Below are positions 57,210 to 64,000 of a stretch of DNA of 64,000 bases, in pieces. The notes under the pieces were generated by a model. It was not told where the DNA came from and searched no databases. It saw only the letters and a program-made list of their open reading frames with translations. A program made the translations under genes and the position numbers. This stretch comes from Eledone cirrhosa. Lineage: Eukaryota. Within the stretch, counting starts at the first letter, position 1. Every line of letters begins with the position of its first letter. The DNA lies in the NCBI GenBank assembly GCA_964016885.1, contig OZ024742.1:199640001-199704000 (forward strand). The letters are read 5' to 3'.

Positions 57210-57212
<3 letters not shown>
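52950..57212 (-). mobile_element. Penelope-like retroelement copy 2 (same family as 2876-6343), decayed, with inverted 3' end + pLTR
   Basis: Broken ORF 53327-56626; 56627-57157 is an inverted copy of 52950-53460; tail 57158-57212; HHRs at 53085-53127(-) and 56961-57003(+); (TA)n flanks. Confidence 0.93.
53327..56626 (-). pseudogene. Penelope RT/GIY-YIG with frameshifts and stops; keeps more of the N-terminus than copy 1
   Basis: Fragments match the 3428-5965 protein; extra N-terminal DELSILQVPPKYA..EIEKSLTKLRW. Confidence 0.9.
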
Positions 57213-57265
<53 letters not shown>

Positions 57266-57365
57266 GTGTGTGTAAGAGAGAAAGAGAGAACATCCGGCTG
57301 ACTTAAGGATCATTGATCAAATTTGAAATTTGAAATGTAGTCGTCCCAATGTAAACTGCTATAAT

Positions 57366-57575
57366 AATTGTTTCTACTTTTGGCACAAGGCCAACAAATT
57401 TGGGGGAGATGAAAGTGGATTAATCGACCCCAGAGCATGACTGACACTTTATTTTATCAACCCGTAAAAATGAAAGGCATAGTTAACCTCGGCGGGATTT
57501 GAACTCAGATCATAAAAGGCCGTAACTCTATGCTACAAAGCATGGCGTCCGACCCTCTACCGGTACTGTCAATCC
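57366..57575 (-). mobile_element. S1 SINE
   Basis: Reverse-complement S1 motifs. Confidence 0.85.
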
Positions 57576-57937
57576 AAACTATTGAGCACTTTGCCACACA
57601 TTTCGAAGATTGTGTTTCGTTATTTCGTGGGCGGAGGTTCCGATTCTCGATAATTTATATGTATTTATCTCCAGTATTTAGCTATTGATCAGTTAATTTT
57701 ATTGATTTTTTAGTTGATCCTATTGACTGATGAATAGCTCATGATAATTTTAACCTGTCTGTTGAGAACTCTAATTCGATATGTGATATTTTGTATTTTT
57801 ACAATAATATACACTACTGAATTCATTGTGTTTCGTTATTTCGTGGGCCGAGGTTCCGATTCTCGATAATTTATATGTATATATATATATATACACACAT
57901 ATATATATATTATATATATGTGTGTATAAGTATAGGC

Positions 57938-58034
<97 letters not shown>

Positions 58035-58357
58035 CATACACGCACACACATGTATATCTAGCTGGTTTAGAGTTTGTTCGGGGTGAATGAAAACCGGTGC
58101 CGGTGTGTCTTGATGCGATCATAAATTTATCAGTGAACCGATTCCGCAACCTGGTTTCGATTCACAGTTGGAAAGCACTACAGTTATGTCGCTAATTTAA
58201 TTTTGTTTTGCTGGTGGCGATGGTAATGGGAGTGAGGGAATTGCCAAACGTTACCTTAGAATTCCTTCTCTTTTCCCTTCCTATATAAAAAATATAAAAT
58301 ATGGAAAACTATGTCTAGTCAAAATAAACCATTATTGCATCTTTAAAAATGCCACCA

Positions 58358-58416
<59 letters not shown>

Positions 58417-58451
58417 TATGTACACAAATGTGCATGTTTATATATGGAGTG

Positions 58452-58521
<70 letters not shown>

Positions 58522-58557
58522 GTACCCAAATGTGCATGTTTATATATGGAGTGTATG

Positions 58558-58601
<44 letters not shown>

Positions 58602-58669
58602 CATACTGCACTGTACTGACTTTATGAATGGTGAAATGATAACACTTTCGGTTTTCTGGGAGAGAGAGA

Positions 58670-58710
<41 letters not shown>

Positions 58711-58809
58711 GGTCTGAGAGACTATAGTTATGTTAAAAGTAATATTATCTTAAGAGGTCTGCCTGCCTGTCTATCTACCTGTCTGCCTGACTATCTAGTT
58801 ACCTGCCTG

Positions 58810-58899
<90 letters not shown>

Positions 58900-61066
58900 G
58901 ACCAGTAAGTAACTTCAGGCCCATAACTCTGCTAAATACAGAGTTACAGATTTTGGCCAAGGTGCTAGCAAAGAGGTTGGCGCTTGTCGTGGGCAACCTG
59001 GTGGGAGATGCGCAGACATGCGCTATCCCGTCCAGGTCCATCCATGACAACCTCCACCTCATGCGATACATCATAGAGAGGGTTGGGAACGAACCCGGCT
59101 TTGGTGGGGCTCTGATCAACTTGGATCAATCTAAGGCGTTCGATAGGGTCGACCATGGTTACCTGGATGCGGTGCTAGCGGCGGCAGGCTTCGGACCCGT
59201 TTTCAGGGGCTGGATCACTGCTATGCACAGCAGCCGCATCTGCTCTAGGGTCAAGGTGAACGGCTACATCTCGGAGCCGTTCAAAATCGCGCGGTCCATC
59301 CGACAAGGGTGCCCTCTCTCCTCCCTTCTGTATGTGTTGAATCTCGAGCCACTACTGCGGAAGTTGGAGTTGTTGCAGGGCATCCCTTTGGAACCGGGAT
59401 TGCGGAAAGCGGTGTCAGCCTACGCCGATGACGTGACAGTAATGGTGTCGACGGCCTCCGAAATCGAGGCGGTCGGCACCTTACTGGAGGAGTACGAAAA
59501 GTTCACAGGGGCTAAGCTGAACCGGGACAAGTCGATCGGTTTGCAACTCGGCACGTGGAGGGGCAGACCGATGCCCTCCGATGGCGTCGTCGGACGCTGG
59601 ACGGAGGGCCCGGTGAAGTTGCTCGGGGTCTGGTTCGGACCGGACCTCCAGGTGGAGAAAAACTGGGCGGAGGTTACGAATAGGGTGTTTGCACTGACCC
59701 AGAAGTGGGCCAGCTGCAAACTATCCCTGAAAGGTCGGGCGGAGGTGGCGAACACTTATATAGCGTCCGTCATCTACTACCGCCTGACCGTAGTGCCCTG
59801 CCCAAGGGAAACCCTCACCAAGATGGAGCGCGCGCTCCTCCAATTCCTTTGGAAGAGGCGGGCTCCTATGGTGAGGAGATCCATCTGCTGTCAACACCCT
59901 TCGAAAGGAGGGCTGGGGATGCCGTGGCTAATGATGCGTAAACACGCATTAAGGCTACGGCACCTCTACGTATTCCTAACCGGACAACCGGTGTGGGCCT
60001 CGTTTGTGAGACGAACCTTTCCCAGACTCGTCTCACTCACCGAGCTGCAATCCTGGGTCAAGCAAAGACCGAGAAAACTGGGCGCCTGGCACACTGAGTG
60101 TGCCCAGGCGCTCACCGCCCTCTGGCAGGCGGATCCGGTTATCAGTGGAGACTCCACCGCAACATTCTATAGAGGGCTGGTACGCAGCAGGTGCGACGAC
60201 GCCCTCGGAGAAGCCCTAGACATGGAGGAGGACGAACTGGCCGGCCTGTTCGGTAGGACATTCAGCCCGGGACCTATGGACAACTTCCAGAAGTCCCTGG
60301 CCTGGCAGTGCTACCGAGGGGCTTTACCCGTTCGAGAAAGGCTCTACAGACACGGGCGCCCGGGTAGGGATCCCGCCAAAAAGATCTGTCTCAGATGCGT
60401 GTGCGACGAGGAAACCGTTGCACACGCATTGGTACACTGCTCGGGCGTAGCCGATCTGTGGGGCTATGTCGAACAACTGCTGTCAAGGGTGGGACCGATC
60501 CGGTTGACCACCGAGTCTATTGTAATGATCAAGCCGCCTCCCCCTTCAAAGATGAAGCAGAGGCGGTGTTTCTGTGCGTAATAGCCATGGCGAAAGAGGT
60601 TGTATGGTGGACGCGTCTGAAAGGACTGAGGTCAGGCACCTTTCTCTCTGGCCAACAACTGGTCCGTTTCTTCCGATATCATTTCGGAAGAAGGATCAGG
60701 ATGGAGAGAGAGGTGCTGCACCCCAGTCGTTTTTATGAAAGGTGGGTGAAAGTGGCGAGAATGGCCCGTGTGAATGGGCCTTCTCTTTACATAAGCCTGT
60801 AGGTGGAAAAGAGGAAGGAACGAGGGAGCACCCCCTCTCTGTGCTCCTGAGGAAAAGGGTTGCACACTTTTTTCGGGGGTGTGTGCGACACCCCAAGGCG
60901 CCTCCTCTCTATTGAGGATTTTGTTATAAATTTTATTTTTTGTTATATCTTATTTTATTTTTATATTTTATTATTGCCTCCTCCTTATTGAGGACGCCTT
61001 TTTGTGTAAACTCCCCCCTTTGTACTTGTCCCACTTTTGATGCCCTAGTGGCAAATAAAAGAAACA
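58900..61066 (+). mobile_element. 5'-truncated Tx1/L1-clade LINE inserted in (ATCT)n
   Basis: RT ORF; AATAAA at 61054; (ATCT)n on both sides. Confidence 0.92.
58953..60801 (+). pseudogene. LINE ORF2 RT + C-terminal Cys/His domain (truncated, one frameshift near 60540)
   Basis: DQSKAFDRVDH, IRQGCPLSSLLY, AYADD, LLGV, CLRC..ETVAHALVHC. Confidence 0.92.
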
Positions 61067-61078
61067 TATCTATCTATC

Positions 61079-64000
61079 GACCGGACGTGCGATAGATCGT
61101 CAGTAAATTTTTGTAAAATTTTTTTATACAAAAACAGAATTTATTGTGTGAAAATTTATATTGTTTGATAGATTAACACCCAGGCTTAATTGTCAGCTGA
61201 GTGGCAATCTCAGTTCTAAAATTTTCCTAACTGTAACAATGTGTGACGTACAGAGAACGCTGGACAGCGTTGACAGCGAGAAGAGAGGGGAAGAGGCAGA
61301 TATAAGTGTTTTATCTGCCTCTACTTCCATAGAAGTATATATGGAGACAAACAACAACAAAATTTCGTTTCGTAAAGAAATGGATATTTGCACAACAAAA
61401 GATGAAAATAACAGCCCACAACGGACACCAAAAAATACAGAAAATGCTGAAATTGAAACAATTAACACAACTACACACGAAAAAACCAACAACAACAAAA
61501 CTGAAAAAACAACATTCGCACAGACTGTAATAAACAAAACAGAATATAAAGAGTTGGACATCAGCAATTCAAAACAGATGTTGTCTGATGCGAGACAATT
61601 TATAACATTTGAAGAAAAGGGTGGGTTTCAAATAAACTCACCCTAGGAAATTAAACGCGAAACAGTTCGATGGACGGAAGCCTTCAGAACTGTCTCGAAT
61701 AGTACAAGAAAACCAGTTTCCCTTAGTCAATGGGAAATTGAAGCCACCTTGAAGGAGGCCTTGGAAAACATCGATTTTCTGCAAAGTGGCAGACTGTATG
61801 GAAGTATATCGGTACTTTTTAAAAGCGAGGCCCTCGCACAGAAGCATTCTGTGCAGCCAATCATTTCGATAACGCATACCGTTTCCTCCACTTACATGGA
61901 AAAACGAACACTAATAATAAAAATAAATAGTATACCACCAGACATCAACATCTGGTGGATTTTGGCGGGGTTCGTGGAGCCAGAAAATGATGTAATTCTT
62001 TCGGCCAGGAAGTCGACCAGACAAAGGTGGGCGGGTACCAATTTGGAGATTCTGGTGCAGATGAGGCCGGAGAGAATCTCCAAAATACCCGAAAAGGTCC
62101 TAGTCGACAACAACAACTACATTAACATTTCGGTTGAAGGACAAAACCCACATTGCATTCGTTGTAATAGCACCACACATCTAAAGGTCTCCTGCCCTTT
62201 ACAAACACGCTCAAACAAAACGATTCAAAAATACTGTTACCAACACCAACACCAAAACAACCACCACGACAACAACAACAACACACAAAACAAGCAAACA
62301 CACCAAAACAAACAGCCACTCAACCAACAACAACAGAAAAAACACAGACAACACCCCTGAAGAACACAGCCCCACCCATCCCACTCCATCAAACACTACC
62401 ACAAACACACACACCGAAACACCACCACCACACAACATACCCATACCCCACACTCCTGACGATGATTATTCATCGACGGATGAAGCTGCTTCTCCTTCTT
62501 TAAGGGAAGAAGAAGGAGAGCCGCGGAAATCTAAAATACAAAAAAAGAGACACCACAAAACCCCCAAAACTCCAATCACCAACACCAACACACAACCACA
62601 GACACAAACAACAATACAAACAACACCACGGTCAAACATCCCCATACCAGGAAAACCAACAGCAACACCAACACCACCCCAAACACAAGCACCCACCATA
62701 AAAAGAAAACTCGGACGAACAACAAACTAAAACAACACAACAAAAACACAAACAACAATACGCATACATCAACACAAACAACAAGAGTTTGATGGAGGTC
62801 ATCTCCCAAAATCCCAAGGTGGAGACGGAGGGCAAAACTTTCGTCAAGGCAGAATCGTCTCCACACCTTAAACTTATAAGGGTTTCTATGGAAACCTATA
62901 ATGACCTGAAAAATAAACCCTGCCAGAAACCCATCAACCACGTCCTGTTAAAATGTTTCCCCACCCAACCCCACCCAACACCCCATCCAGCACCCAAATG
63001 GAGATTGAACAACCCGATCTACAGGAAACGAAAAAGTAAGTGCGCCTTTCGTCCCTTTTCTCCAACTCTTCTTCACCAACATGGCTAGTTTACGAGTTGG
63101 AAGCGTGAATGTGCGTGGACTAGGGATGCCCTGGAAACAGGGGAACTTTTAAACGACCTTAGGTCACACGGTATCGATGTGATAGCCATCACCGAGTCCA
63201 GGATCCACAACAGGCAGCAACTAACCCCCATCTTCGACAACTTTGAGATCTACGCATCTCTCTGTCAGCCAGGAGGTGGAGGGGGAGTGGCTGTCATATT
63301 TCGGAAGAACCTGGACGTCGAAGTACAGCAAGTACACTTGGACCCGGAGGGTAGACTGGTAGTCCTAGATGTGAACAGTATTGGAGGCAGAGCCTTCAGA
63401 CTGGTGGCCGTTTATGCCACGACCGGGCAATCGCAATCACGGCCAGACTTCTTTATGCGTCTAGAGTCTTTTCTGGGAACGCCTCGCTCCTTACTTTTAG
63501 TGGGGGACTGGAATGGTATCCTAGATGCACGATGGGACTATGTGGGAGCAGGGGGGTGCCACAGCCTCAAAACTTTAATCGGCCAATCCCAACTGGCCGA
63601 TAGGTATCGACTGGATTTCCTGACTGCACCACAGAGGACGTGGGCAAACCGCAGCGGAACATCTAGATCGTATTTAGATAGGTTCTTCATTAGAGAAAGG
63701 GACAAGGAGATGTTAAGCTGTTCACGAATGCACATGGTTGCCTATTCAGATCACAAATTAGTCGTCTGCTTAGTCAACCGTGACAGAATACATAGACAAG
63801 GACCCGGATACTGGAAGCTGAACGTGTCGTTGCCGGCACGTAAAGCTTACAGTGAACGGATAAGTAGACTAGTCAAGCAACAGTTAACGGGAGCTATCGT
63901 CAACAATAAATGGTGGTACTCTCTCAAGAAAGCAATTAGAATAGAATCGATAGGGTTTAGCAGAGAGTTAGCCTTAGAGAAAAACAAAATAGAAAGAGAA
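61079..64000 (+). mobile_element. Tx1/L1-clade LINE, 5' part (ORF1 ~61299-63000 frameshifted; ORF2 APE from 63081), runs off the window
   Basis: CIRCNSTTHLKVSC knuckle; MASLRVGSVNVRGLG, DVIAITES, GGVAV, GDWNGI, SYLDRF, SDH motifs by manual translation. Confidence 0.9.

Overview
AT-rich, microsatellite-dense eukaryotic (animal) DNA. It is probably cephalopod/octopus-like, which is an inference from repeat style and SINE type. I see no supportable host protein-coding gene, and most ORFs in the track are microsatellite artefacts. The window is a mosaic of mobile DNA. It holds two long copies of a Penelope-like retroelement (RT + GIY-YIG, Cys-linker/Neptune type) with inverted pseudo-LTRs, three Tx1/L1-type LINEs plus a 3' remnant sitting in (ATT)n or (ATCT)n tracts, R4/Dong-like and RTE fragments, non-autonomous Helitrons, a Tc1/mariner MITE, many tRNA-derived SINEs and a 5.6-kb array of a 49-bp satellite. 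The most striking signal is about 10 sequence-unrelated families of small non-coding elements embedded in (TA)n tracts. They carry hammerhead-ribozyme (HHR) motifs, several with covarying stems and non-canonical cores. They share one architecture: (TA)n - inverted arm - loop - arm + short tail - (TA)n. Some insertions also carry an inverted copy of neighbouring DNA, and one HHR module rides inside Helitrons. HHRs in Penelope pLTRs and retrozymes are known in general. The diversity, core variants, flank capture and Helitron chimerism seen here merit testing. Coordinates were read by eye and may be off by a few bases.
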